DNA of 64,000 nt from assembly GCA_039028615.1 (NCBI GenBank), contig JBCCHT010000004.1, positions 1-64,000 on the forward strand, in the 5' to 3' direction. Position numbers and translations under genes: made by a program. Below, piece after piece: positions 38,573 through 49,400 of this stretch (position 1 is its first letter; every line of letters begins with the position of its first letter). Source of the stretch: Myxococcota bacterium (GTDB taxonomy: Bacteria > Myxococcota_A > Polyangia > Nannocystales > Nannocystaceae). The notes under the pieces were generated by a model. That model was not told where the DNA came from and made no database searches. It saw nothing but the letters and a program-made list of their open reading frames with translations.

Positions 38573-41500
38573 ATGAGTGACTCGCCCCCGGAGCTGTCGG
38601 AAGAGCGTATTGCCGCGTATCTGCGCGGGGAGCTGTCCGCACAGGCCCGGCGGGACGTCGAGGCCGCCCTCGACCGGGAGCCGCAGTGGCTGGCCGTGGT
38701 GGCCATGCTCGCCCGCGGCGAAGCGCGAGACGGGCCCACGCCTCCGCCCTCCAGCGAAGACGACGATGCCTCGCTGGTCGAGCGCCTCGAGCGAGAACAC
38801 GAGGCCCGCATCCGCCCCGGCATGCGGCTGGGTCGCTACGAGGTCGAGCAGCCGCTCGGGCGCGGCGGCATGGGAGTCGTGGTCGCGGCGCATGACCCCG
38901 AGCTGGGGCGTCGCGTCGCCTTGAAGCTGCTGCACGGCACCAACGAGCGCGAGCAAGCCCGACTGCTCCGCGAGGCCCGGGCGCTGGCGCAGCTCAACGA
39001 TCGGCACGTGATCACCGTCAACGACGTGGGCACGGTGGACGGTCGAGTGTTCATCGCCATGGAGCTGCTCGAGGGCCAGACGCTGCTGCAGTGGTGCCGC
39101 GAAGGGCCGCGGCCGTGGTCGCAGGTACTCGCCGCCTTCGTCGACGCCGGACGGGGGCTGGCCGCGGCCCATACCGCGGGGTTGGTGCACCGCGACTTCA
39201 AGCCCGCCAACGTGATGATGACCGACGACGGTCGCGTGGTCGTGCTGGACTTCGGGCTCGCCCGCGAGTTCGAACAGAGCCCCTCCGAGCCGCAGCCCGA
39301 AGGGCAAGCCGACCGCACCGACGACCCGGAGACCGCCGACTTGACCCGGACCGGCCAACGCCTCGGGACTCCTGCCTATATGGCCCCCGAGCAGCGTAAG
39401 GGGCTTCGCTGCGGGCCCGCCACCGACCAGTTCAGCTACTGCGTGGCGCTGTGGGAGGCGCTGTTCGGGTGCCTACCCGAGCAGGCGGCCCACCCCGGAC
39501 GAAGTGCGAGCTTCGACGCCGCCGCGGGCCCAGTCCCGAGCCGCCTGCGACGACTCCTGACCCGCGGCCTCGCGGAGGACCCCGACCAGCGTCACCCCCA
39601 GCTGTCCGGGTTGGTGGACGAGCTCCACGCCCTGCTGCGGCCGCGGGCCCAGTGGTGGGCTCCGGTGACCGTGGCCGCACTGAGCGGGGCCGCGGTGGCC
39701 CTGGCCCTGGTGAGCTCCGAGCCGCCGCCCTGCACCGGGTCCGCACAACGATGGGCCGAGAGCTTCGACGAGACGAAGGCCGCCGCCGTGGCCTCTGCGC
39801 TGTCCAAGCCCGACATCCCCTGGACAGAGCGCGTGCGCGACGACGTGGGGGCGCGGCTGAACACCTACGGCCAATCCTGGGTCGCGGAGCACCGCGCCGC
39901 CTGTCGAGCGACCCGCATCGAGGGCAGCGATTCCGAAGCCGTCCTCGACCTGCGCATGCTCTGCCTCGATCGACGCCGTCGCGCGTTTGGAGCCCTGGTC
40001 GAAGTGTTGACCGACGCCGACGTCGAGGCCGCCGCGCAAGCCGTGCAAGCCGTCGACGCCCTCGCCCCCGTGTCCGATTGTCGCAACGTCGAGCGGCTGC
40101 AGGCGGCCGTTCCCCTCCCCTCCGGCGACGACCCTCGAGCGGAAGCAGCCGAGATTTTCGATCGCATCGGTCGCGTCGAGGCGCTGCGTCGGGCCCGTCG
40201 CTACGACGACGCGGCCGCCCTCGCCGAGGCCACGGTGCAGCGAGCCGTCGCGCTGGCTCACCCTCCGACGGAGGCCGATGCCCGGCTCGTGTGGGCTTGG
40301 GTGCTCACCGACCAAGGCCACCACGAACGCGCCGAGACCGAGCTGCGACGAGCCCTCGACGCAGCCGAGACCGGGCAACACGACGAAGCCGTGGCCATCG
40401 CGTGGAACCGGCTGGCGTGGGTCGTGGGCTATCGGCGGGCGCAATTCGACGAAGGGCGACGGCTCGCCGAGCATGCGCGGGCCTGGAATGCGCGCCTGGG
40501 CGACGCCCCCCTGCACGAGCTGTCGCGGCTGCGGGCGCTGGGGTGGATCGAGCACGACGCGGGCAACACCGAGCAGGCGATCCAGCACTTCGAACACGCC
40601 CGGGACATCGCCCAGACCTTGCCCCCCGACGATCCGGTGAGCCTCCACGAGCTGGGCATCGTGCTCAACGGGCTGGGGGCGGCCGCGCTCGTGGCCGGCA
40701 AGCTCCCCGAGGCCACCGAGTACTTCACGCTCGCCGCCGAGCAGCTCGAGGAGGTGCTCGGCCCCGAGCACCCCGACGTCGCCAAGGTCCGCAACAACGT
40801 CGCGTCCTTGCTGCGCAGTCAGGGCCAGGCCGAACGCGCTCATCGCCTGCTGGTGCACAACCTCGAGATCTTCGAGACCACCTTCGGGCCCGGCTATGTG
40901 CTGGTCGGACAGACCGCCATCAACCTCGCGGTCATCGAGCTCGACCTCGGCCGTTTCGATGCCGCCGAGGCCCACGCCGAGCAAGCGCTCGCCGTGCTGA
41001 CCGAAGCGATGGGCGCCGAACATCCCATGGTGAGCAAGGCCCTCACCACCCGCGGTGACGCCCGGGTCCAGCTCGGGCGCCCGCTCCAAGGCATCGCCGA
41101 CTTCGAACGGGCCCGGGCGCTGGAGGTCGAAGCCCTCGGCCCCGAGCACCCCAGCATCGGCATCATCGAGTCCAACCTGGGCAGCGCCTACTACGACCTC
41201 GATCGCCACGAGGACGCAGCGCGCCACCACCTTCGTGCGCTGGAGATCCTCAGGGCCGCGCTGGGCCCCGAGCACCCCAACCTGGCCCTCGTATTCATCG
41301 GCCTCGGGCTCACCCATCGGGCCCGCGGCCAGCACTCCGAAGCGCTCGCCCGCTTCCGGGAGGCCGAGACCCTGGCCAGCCCCTCCGCGCTGCCCAACGC
41401 GCTCACCCGCATCGGCGAGAGCCTCGTGGACGCGGGACAGGGCGCCCTCGCAGTGAAGGAGCTCGACCGCGCCCTCGCCCTGCAGACGGACCAGCAAGCC

Positions 41501-41683
41501 GACCCGGGATTCATGGCCGATACCCACTTCGCCCTCGCTCGTGCCCACTGGCTCCTCGGCACCGATCGCGTCGGCGCCCGGGCCCAAGCCCAGCAAGCGC
41601 TCCAGATCTACGAGGACGACAACGAGGCCGACCCCGCGGCACGCGTCCGAGCGTGGCTCGCCGAGCACCCCATCAGCGACTGA
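38573..41683 (+). CDS. Ser/Thr protein kinase with N-terminal anti-sigma-like segment, TM helix and TPR repeats
   Basis: LGRGGMGVV, VALK, HRDFKPANV, LDFGLA, GTPAYMAPE; TPRs with LGPEHP. Confidence 0.93.
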   Translation: MSDSPPELSEERIAAYLRGELSAQARRDVEAALDREPQWLAVVAMLARGEARDGPTPPPSSEDDDASLVERLEREHEARIRPGMRLGRYEVEQPLGRGGMGVVVAAHDPELGRRVALKLLHGTNEREQARLLREARALAQLNDRHVITVNDVGTVDGRVFIAMELLEGQTLLQWCREGPRPWSQVLAAFVDAGRGLAAAHTAGLVHRDFKPANVMMTDDGRVVVLDFGLAREFEQSPSEPQPEGQADRTDDPETADLTRTGQRLGTPAYMAPEQRKGLRCGPATDQFSYCVALWEALFGCLPEQAAHPGRSASFDAAAGPVPSRLRRLLTRGLAEDPDQRHPQLSGLVDELHALLRPRAQWWAPVTVAALSGAAVALALVSSEPPPCTGSAQRWAESFDETKAAAVASALSKPDIPWTERVRDDVGARLNTYGQSWVAEHRAACRATRIEGSDSEAVLDLRMLCLDRRRRAFGALVEVLTDADVEAAAQAVQAVDALAPVSDCRNVERLQAAVPLPSGDDPRAEAAEIFDRIGRVEALRRARRYDDAAALAEATVQRAVALAHPPTEADARLVWAWVLTDQGHHERAETELRRALDAAETGQHDEAVAIAWNRLAWVVGYRRAQFDEGRRLAEHARAWNARLGDAPLHELSRLRALGWIEHDAGNTEQAIQHFEHARDIAQTLPPDDPVSLHELGIVLNGLGAAALVAGKLPEATEYFTLAAEQLEEVLGPEHPDVAKVRNNVASLLRSQGQAERAHRLLVHNLEIFETTFGPGYVLVGQTAINLAVIELDLGRFDAAEAHAEQALAVLTEAMGAEHPMVSKALTTRGDARVQLGRPLQGIADFERARALEVEALGPEHPSIGIIESNLGSAYYDLDRHEDAARHHLRALEILRAALGPEHPNLALVFIGLGLTHRARGQHSEALARFREAETLASPSALPNALTRIGESLVDAGQGALAVKELDRALALQTDQQADPGFMADTHFALARAHWLLGTDRVGARAQAQQALQIYEDDNEADPAARVRAWLAEHPISD

Positions 41684-41732
41684 GTTTCGGTGATTGTCGA
41701 GGGGCCGCCCCAAGTGGGATCATGGCTCCGGG

Positions 41733-44642
41733 ATGGTCACACGCTCTGGATCGGACGACGACAGCGCAGAGCTGCGAGACACCGAGCCCGACCGCGGCCC
41801 CGACACCCTCCAGCGAATCATCGGCGACAAGGTCCGCGACCGCCTCTTTCACCAGCCGATCGACGCGGAGTCCATCGGTCGCTACGAGATCCTCGACATC
41901 ATCGGCGAAGGCGGCATGGGCTTGGTCTACCGCGCCCGCGACCCCGAGCTCGACCGAGAGGTCGCGATCAAGGTCATGCTGGAGCACGCCCAATCGGAGC
42001 CGGAGCGGCTCCGCCGAGAAGCCCAGGCCATGGCCGCGCTGTCTCACCCCAACGTGGTCGAGGTCTTCGAGGTCGGCGTCGACGATGGCCGCATGTTCGT
42101 GGCCATGGAGTACCTGCCCGGCGAAAACATGCGGCAGTGGCTGAAGACCTCGCCCTCCCCCGATGCAGTGCTCGACCGCGTGCTCGAGGCGGGCCAGGGT
42201 CTCGCCGCCGCCCACATGGCTGGGCTCCTCCACCGCGACATCAAACCGAGCAACATCTACATCGCCGACGACGGGCGCGCGCGCCTGCTCGACTTCGGCC
42301 TCGCCCGCGGCTACCTGCCCTCGACCAGCGAGCTCCGCTCGGGGGGGCTGGGACCCACGCTGAGCGCCTCGAACTCGGCGATGGAGCTGGCCTCCTCCGA
42401 GCTCGCCGATCCGCTGACCGATACCGGCTTGGTGATGGGAACGCCGCCCTATATGGCGCCCGAGCAGCTCCGCGGAGAGCCGGCCTCCGAAAACACCGAT
42501 CTGTTCTCCTTCTGTGCCACGGCCTACCAGGCCCTGCTCGGGGTGCACCCCTTCAACCGAAGGCCCCCGGTCGTGTCGTCCGGCACGCTCCCACTCATAC
42601 TCCCCGAGGGAGCACTCGGTCCACGGCTACAGGGGCTGCAGGTCGTGCTGGCCCGTGGCCTCCATGCCGATCCCGACCAGCGATGGACATCGATGGGCGA
42701 GCTGCTCGAGGCTCTACGGCACGCCGCGCGCCCCGTTTCTCGTTTCCGCGGCGCCTGGGGCCCGCTGGCGGTCGCGGCGGCCACCCTCGCCCTGCTGTTC
42801 CTCCAGGCTCCCGCCGAGCCCTCCGTCCCCGGTCCCTGCGACGAATTCTCCGACCTGAGCGAGCAGTGGAACGCCAACGAGCGCAAGCAGCTGCACGACG
42901 TGTTCCTCGCGAACGAGCACCCCCGGGCGAAGTCGGCGTGGACCCGCATCGAGCGAGCGCTGGACTCCCATACCCGAGCGTGGACGCAAGCGCGGGATGA
43001 GGCGTGCACGGCGGGTTCGGGGCCAGTGCTCGAAGCTCGCCTCGACTGCCTCGCCGACCAACGACGAGCCCTGACCGCGGTGGTCGAAGTCCTCGGGGAC
43101 GCCGACGGCACCATCATCGATCGCGTCGTCGAGCTGGAGCGAGGCTTCGACGCGCCCGAGCGTTGCAACGATCCGCAGTTCCTCGATCGACAGCCAAAGC
43201 GCCCCACCGACGCGGAGACCCTCGAACCTCTGCTCGAAGGCCGCGCCCTGCTCGCGCGCTTCGTGGCCAACGCCCGCGCCGGACGCATCGCGGAAGCCAT
43301 GGCGCTGGCGACCGCTCTGGACGACGCGGTCGAAGCGACGAGCTACCCGCCCTTCGCGGTCGACGTCGATCTCGCGGTGGGGCGCACGCTGGCCGACTAC
43401 GAGCGCCGCGACGAAGCGCGTCCTCGGCTCGAGCGCGCGTTCTTTGCCGCCCAAGCCGAGCAGCTGCCCCGGCCCGCGTTCGAGGCCGCGTTGCGGCTGG
43501 CCCACGATGCCTCGACGACCCAACGCAACCCCGAACAGGGCCGCCAGTGGCTGCGGCACATGCAGGCCACGCAGCAACAGCTGGGCGACGATCCCATCCT
43601 CCGCGCGCGCGTGTTGGGGCAGGAGGCTGCCGTGCTCCAGGCGGAAGGCAAGCTCGACGACGCGCTCGCGGTGTGGCGGCGCACCATCGACCAGCTCGAG
43701 CCCCATCGCGACGCCGAGCCCGTGTTCCTCTCGCAAGCGCGCGGCGGTCTCGGCTACGCCCTCGTTCGCGCGGGTCGCCTGAAGGAGGCCGAGCCCGAGC
43801 TGAGTCGGGCCCTCGAGATCCGCACCGAGGTCTTCGGGGTCGAGCACCCGTCTTGCATCAAGCCCTTGGTCAACCTCGCCGCCGTGCTCGATGACCTCGA
43901 CCGCCACGACGATGCGCTCGAGCACCTCGACCGGGCCCTGCGGTTGCTCGAGGTCAGCGGCGAACGCCAGGGCGCCCAGGCGGTCGGCGTGCTGCAGAAT
44001 CGAGCCCTCGTCCTACGGGACCTGAAGCGACTCGACGAAGCGCTCGCCAACCTCGAAGAAGCCCGCGTCATCGCCCAGCGGGAAATCGGCCCCGAGTCGA
44101 TGAACGTGGCCCGGGTCGAGAACAATCTGTCGATGGTGCTGCGTCGGCTCGGCCGTCGAGACGAAGGCATCGCGGCGTTGCGACGCTCGATCGAGATCCG
44201 ACGCGGGGTGCTGGGTCCCGATCATCCCGCCCTGCTCCCGCCCACCGTCAACTTGGCAGCGGTGCTCATGGACGCCGACGCGATCGAGGACGCCGCACCG
44301 CTCATGGCCGATGCGCTGCGCATCGTGCAGAGCGAGGGCGAGGTCTCCCAGGCCATGGTGCTCATCCCCGCGTCGAACCTCGCCCGCCGCCAGGGCAACC
44401 AAGCCGAAGCCACCACCCGCGCCCGACGAGCGATCGACCTGCTCGAGCGCAGCGAGGCCCAGGTCAGCCATCTCGCTCGCGCTCGCCTCGCCCTGGCCGA
44501 GACCCTACACGCCCAAGGCCGTCACCCCGAAGCGCTGAGCTCCGCCCGCCAGGCCCGAGACGAACTGCAACCCGTTCGCAATCGCTCCGACGACGTCTGG
44601 GACATGGTGACCGGTTGGCTGCAGGAGCACGATGCTCCCTAG
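41733..44642 (+). CDS. Ser/Thr protein kinase with TM helix and TPR repeats
   Basis: IGEGGMGLVY, VAIK, HRDIKPSNI, LDFGLA, GTPPYMAPE; TPRs FGVEHP, LGPDHP. Confidence 0.93.
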   Translation: MVTRSGSDDDSAELRDTEPDRGPDTLQRIIGDKVRDRLFHQPIDAESIGRYEILDIIGEGGMGLVYRARDPELDREVAIKVMLEHAQSEPERLRREAQAMAALSHPNVVEVFEVGVDDGRMFVAMEYLPGENMRQWLKTSPSPDAVLDRVLEAGQGLAAAHMAGLLHRDIKPSNIYIADDGRARLLDFGLARGYLPSTSELRSGGLGPTLSASNSAMELASSELADPLTDTGLVMGTPPYMAPEQLRGEPASENTDLFSFCATAYQALLGVHPFNRRPPVVSSGTLPLILPEGALGPRLQGLQVVLARGLHADPDQRWTSMGELLEALRHAARPVSRFRGAWGPLAVAAATLALLFLQAPAEPSVPGPCDEFSDLSEQWNANERKQLHDVFLANEHPRAKSAWTRIERALDSHTRAWTQARDEACTAGSGPVLEARLDCLADQRRALTAVVEVLGDADGTIIDRVVELERGFDAPERCNDPQFLDRQPKRPTDAETLEPLLEGRALLARFVANARAGRIAEAMALATALDDAVEATSYPPFAVDVDLAVGRTLADYERRDEARPRLERAFFAAQAEQLPRPAFEAALRLAHDASTTQRNPEQGRQWLRHMQATQQQLGDDPILRARVLGQEAAVLQAEGKLDDALAVWRRTIDQLEPHRDAEPVFLSQARGGLGYALVRAGRLKEAEPELSRALEIRTEVFGVEHPSCIKPLVNLAAVLDDLDRHDDALEHLDRALRLLEVSGERQGAQAVGVLQNRALVLRDLKRLDEALANLEEARVIAQREIGPESMNVARVENNLSMVLRRLGRRDEGIAALRRSIEIRRGVLGPDHPALLPPTVNLAAVLMDADAIEDAAPLMADALRIVQSEGEVSQAMVLIPASNLARRQGNQAEATTRARRAIDLLERSEAQVSHLARARLALAETLHAQGRHPEALSSARQARDELQPVRNRSDDVWDMVTGWLQEHDAP

Positions 44643-44649
44643 CGCCGGC

Positions 44650-44695
44650 CGGGCATGGGGCGTCATCGACTCCGATCGACATCGCCCCACGCCCG
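44650..44695. terminator. Hairpin after second kinase
   Basis: cgggcatggggcg ... cgccccacgcccg (13-bp stem, one mismatch). Confidence 0.5.
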
Positions 44696-45289
44696 AGACG
44701 GGGGAATCACCATGGACATAGCGGGCAACACCGGCCCCATACACCGGACGCACCGGACATAGTCATAATCATGCGGACCCGAGGTCACCGGCGGACACTC
44801 GGCGCCCCTTTGCAGATCTCGTGACAGCCGCCGAATGACCGGCGAGGGATAAAACGACGCACTCGGGACTGCGGAGCCATGCGAACGACCTGCGAGTGGT
44901 ATGTGCCGCACCGACCCCGACTCTATTCATCACCCGTCGAGTTGCGACCGTGAGACCATCGGTGGCCGCAATCGGCGGGCCCGCGAGTACCAACGGCGGT
45001 GCACGAGTCCTACACCCGCCCCGGGAATTGAAAGCTGAGGCAGTCGAATTTCAACCGCCTTGGTCCAAACGTCGTTGACCCGGAGGCAACACCGCGACGC
45101 CTCCCCTCGCCCCCGCAACGCCCCCGAGACACTCCCGACACCGTCTCGCCGAGTCTGCGGCGCTGCTGGCGGACCCCACCCCGGCGCAGGCTGGAAACCC
45201 CTGATGGGCTCACGCCGCACCGCGCCGGACATCGTCGATTCGGGGCAAATCGTGGACCAAGCCCCATCGACTTGGTTTACGATTTGCCG

Positions 45290-46426
45290 ATGCGAAGGGT
45301 CGGAGACGCGTTCGTGGTGCGTTCAGGGAAAAACCTCGGGTACAGCTCGTGCTTGATGCTGGCGATCGCGCTCAGCTGCGGCAGCGAGAGCGCTCCCGGC
45401 GAGGTCAACGAAGGCACCGCCGAGCCCACCACCGACGCCGCATCGGGCTCCGAAGCTCCCACGCCACCCCCGACCCCCGGCACCTCCGACGCGACGCCGC
45501 CCCCCTCCGAGACCGGCTCCTCGGGGTCCATGGCCGACGAGAGCGACAGCGGCGGCAAGGAGCCCCCCTCCACGGGCGTGGTGCGCTTCATCGCCATGGG
45601 CGACGGCGGCGAAGGCAACGACAGCCAGTACGCGGTGGCCGACGTGGTCGAGCAGGTCTGCGCCGATCGAGGCTGCGAGTTCGTGCTCTACCTCGGCGAC
45701 AACTTCTACGACACGGGCGTCGACTCGAACATGGACACCCAGTTCATCGACAAGTTCGAGATGCCCTACGCCGACCTCGACCTGCCCTTCATGGTGACGC
45801 TGGGCAACCACGACTACGACCTGCTGGGCAACGCGTGGTTCAAGGCCACGTACCAGGTCGAGTACACCGAGTTCTCCGACAAGTGGAACCTGCCCTCCGA
45901 GTACTACTCGTTCCCGGCCGGCCACGTCACCTTCATCTCGCTCGATACCCCGCGCCTGTTCTGGGATCACGAGACCAACCAGGTCCGCGACTTCCTGCGC
46001 AACGTCCTGGCCAACACCACCAGCCGCTTCACCGTCGCGTTCGGGCACCACCCGTACATCTCCAACGGCCGGCACGGCAACGCGGGCAACTACGAGGGGC
46101 TCCCGCTGCCCATCGTGGGCGGGGCCGACATCGAGGACTTCGTCGAGGAAGAGATGTGCGGCAAGGTCACCGTGTACCTGTGCGGGCATGACCACAACCG
46201 CCAGTGGTTCCCCACCGTGTGCGGCACCGAGTTCATGGTCATCGGCACCGCGGCCAAGACCACCGACATGGTCCACCGCGACGACAACCCGACGCCCTAC
46301 TACGAGGACGATCAGACCCCCGGCTTCGCCTGGATCGAGATCGCCGACAACGAGCTGACCGCGGCCTTCTACGACGAGACCGGGGCCATGAACTACGAGA
46401 ACACCATCGTCCTGCCCGAGCGGTAG
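45290..46426 (+). CDS. Metallophosphoesterase (purple acid phosphatase-like) lipoprotein; start uncertain
   Basis: MGDGG, LGDNFY, LGNHDY, GHHP, CGHDH; lipobox ALSC. Confidence 0.9.
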   Translation: MRRVGDAFVVRSGKNLGYSSCLMLAIALSCGSESAPGEVNEGTAEPTTDAASGSEAPTPPPTPGTSDATPPPSETGSSGSMADESDSGGKEPPSTGVVRFIAMGDGGEGNDSQYAVADVVEQVCADRGCEFVLYLGDNFYDTGVDSNMDTQFIDKFEMPYADLDLPFMVTLGNHDYDLLGNAWFKATYQVEYTEFSDKWNLPSEYYSFPAGHVTFISLDTPRLFWDHETNQVRDFLRNVLANTTSRFTVAFGHHPYISNGRHGNAGNYEGLPLPIVGGADIEDFVEEEMCGKVTVYLCGHDHNRQWFPTVCGTEFMVIGTAAKTTDMVHRDDNPTPYYEDDQTPGFAWIEIADNELTAAFYDETGAMNYENTIVLPER

Positions 46427-46450
46427 GGGCCGATGCGAGCGCGAGCCGCC

Positions 46451-49400
46451 TCAACCGGCGGGCTCGCGGAACACCCAGACATCTTGGTGCAGCTCGACCT
46501 TGTGGCCGTCGCGCACCAGGATGGTGATCTTGTTGCCGCCCAGCTCCAGCGGCACCTCGGTCTCGAAGCTCAGCGACTGGGCCTCGGCCCCGCGCGCCTT
46601 CGAGTTGGCCGCGTAGTGGATCTTGCGCTCGATCTGCGAGGCCCCTGGCGGTCGCACCAACACCGCCAGGTCACGGAGCTTGCGGGGATGCGTCGCCGTC
46701 CCCCGCAGCGTCACGTGGTCAGACTTCACCACCCGCGGCACGCTCTCGAGGGTCAGCCCGGGCGGCAGCACCAGCGGCTCGTGCTCGACCGCTTCCAGCG
46801 GCTTTTTGGGCGCACGCTTGCCCCCGAAGGGTGACGCGACGCCCAAGTCCCCGGGTACGAAGGCACGTCGCCCCTCGCCCGGCGTCTCGATGACCCGCCA
46901 CGGCCCCAGCGTCCCGATGGTGACCACCTCGGTCCCGACCGGCAGCTCGACCACGACCGGCGCCGACGCGTGCGCGCCGTTGTAGACCCGCAGCGGCTCG
47001 CCCTCGACCCGGACCGTCTCGACCGACTCGGTCAGCGCAGACGCGGTCGGCAGCACCCGCAGCAGCAGCTCGTCCTGGGCGCGCGCCCGGACCTGTGCAT
47101 CGCCGACCATCAGCTCGACCTCGAAGGGCAATCGAGGATCCGCCTCCTCGTTGACCGTGATCCCGAAGGCCGCGCTGGCCTCGTCTCCGGCCTCGAGCTG
47201 GCCGAGCACGACCGCGCCCTCCTCCAGCAACCCCTGGCGCGGGCTGTGGTTGTGCAGCACCCCGCGAACATCGGGGCTGGTGCCCGGGCCTTCGTTGCGC
47301 ACCACGAACGCCAGCAGGACGCGCTCGCCCGCCTGCAGCATGCCGTCGCCATTGCCCTTCACGGTGAACGGCGCCTCCCCGGGAATCGCGGCCATGGGCG
47401 GTCGCTTGGGCGCCTTCGCCACCAGGGCGGGGTCGTCCACGATCCACCAGTCGTAGGCCAAGGCGGGTCGCGAGGCCCCCTCCACGTCGAAGCGCAGCTC
47501 CGCGCGTGCGTCCGGGTCATCCTCGGGCTCCCCCGCATGAATGTCGATGGCGAGCACGTCGGTGAAATCCGAGTGCCAGGGCATCACGTGCAGCTCGAGA
47601 TCGCGGACGACCTTCTCGCCCGGCGCCACCTCGCCCACCAGCACCTCGATGCCATCGAGCTCGTCGTGGACGCAGTCGGTGATGCCGTGCACCCGCGGGA
47701 CCGGCGTGGACCCGCGGTTTTCGATCTCCAGGCTGACCACGAAGGGCTCACCCGCCTCGACCGTGCCCTCGCCCTTCCGCTCGAGCCGGGCGACGAGGTC
47801 GGTGTTTTCGAGCGCGGCCTCGTCCGCCTTCCAGTCGACCTTCGACTCGGCCAGCGCCTCGACGATGCGGCCGTCTTCCTCGGCGGCCAGCTGCTCGGTG
47901 ACCCGGGCCAGGCTCGCGTTTCGTTGCTCGCGGTCGAGCGTCCCCGAAAGGCCCAACGCGACTTCCCGCGCGATGCGAATCTCGGGATCGCGCAGCCGGT
48001 CGAGCACCTCGACGTCGTCGGTGGCTTCCTTCAGCTCCGCCGGCACCTCGCCCGTCCACAGGTAGTGCAGCTTCGCGCCCGCCACGTGATCGGGGGGCAG
48101 CGGCGGGTCGTGCTTGGCCGAGGGCAGGTGAGCCGTCCGCGACCGCTCGCGCTGCCGTTCGAAGCGCTCCTCGTCGAAGTACCGCCCGATGCCCGGGATG
48201 CTCGACATCTCGACCGGCAGCAGCTCCACGTCGGGCAGCACGCCCAGGCTCTGGATGTTGCGGTCGCCGGCCACCAGGTACTCGGCCACGGTGAGCTTGA
48301 GCGCCAGCTCGCGACCGTAGGGCGCGGCCGGCTTGACCATCTGCACCGTACCCTTGCCGAAGCTCGAGCGCCCCAGCACCACGCCGCGGCCCAAGGCCTT
48401 GAGACCGCCGCTGACGATCTCGGCCGCGCTCGCGGAGTCCTCGTCGATCAGCACGACCACCGGGACCTCGGCCCCGACCGACATCGTCTCGGCCGCGTCC
48501 TCGACGTCGCGCCCCTCCGCGCTCCGCACGATGACCAGCTCACCGTTGGGCACCAGCGTATCGACCACTGCGGTCGCTTGGGTCAGCAGCCCGCCCGAGT
48601 TGCCGCGAAGATCGAGCACCACGCCCTTGGCCCCGCCCTCGGCTCCCGCCAGCTCGCGCAGCGCCTCGTCGACCTGCTGCCCCGTGTTCTCCTGGAACGT
48701 GGAGATGCTCAGGTACGCGACGCCGCCGGGCAGCATCCACTTGGTCACGCTGTCCACGTGGATCGTGTTGCGCGTGATCTCGAGGGTCAGCGTCTCGTCG
48801 CCGCGGCGCACCGTCACCACCACGACCTCACCCACCGGACCGCGCAGCAGGCTCTGCGCCTCGTCGGCCGGCATGTTGACCGTGGCCGCGCCGTCGATGG
48901 TCAGCAGCACGTCGCCCGACTTCATGCCCGCCAGCTCCGCGGGCATCCCCGGCAAGACGCGCACGATCAAGATGCGTCGGTCTTCGGCTCGGATCTGGGC
49001 ACCGATGCCGCCGAAGTGCCCGCGGGTGCGCACCCCGAGGTCGTCGTGCTCATCGGGCGACAGCAACACCGTGTGCGGATCGAGGGGCGCGAACAGCCCG
49101 TTGATGGCCGCGTACTCCAGCTCGTGCAGCGGCTCCGCCTCGAGGTCGAGCACCTCCTGCGTGAACACCAGGATCTCTTCGAGCCGGTCCCCCGCCTGGC
49201 GCAGCGTGTGAACGTCGGCGAGGCCGAAGTTCGCCGTGCGGGACCGAACCTTCACGCGCAGCTCCTGCCCGTCGGCATCGAGCTCGGCAAAGAACTCCGG
49301 CGTGTGCAGGCCGAGGAACTCCGTGGCCGACAGCAGCTGGACTCGCGGGTCGAAGCGCGCGGTGTCGAAGTACTCCTGCTCGACCCGATACGCCGACCAC

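Noticed and set aside
39473..41713. 746-aa minus-strand ORF
   Set aside because: Antisense shadow of the kinase-TPR gene
45241..45312. c-di-GMP-I riboswitch (GGGCAAA...GACGC)
   Set aside because: GGCAAA is sequestered in a long stem, and the GNRA loop and GACGCAAAG arrangement are missing
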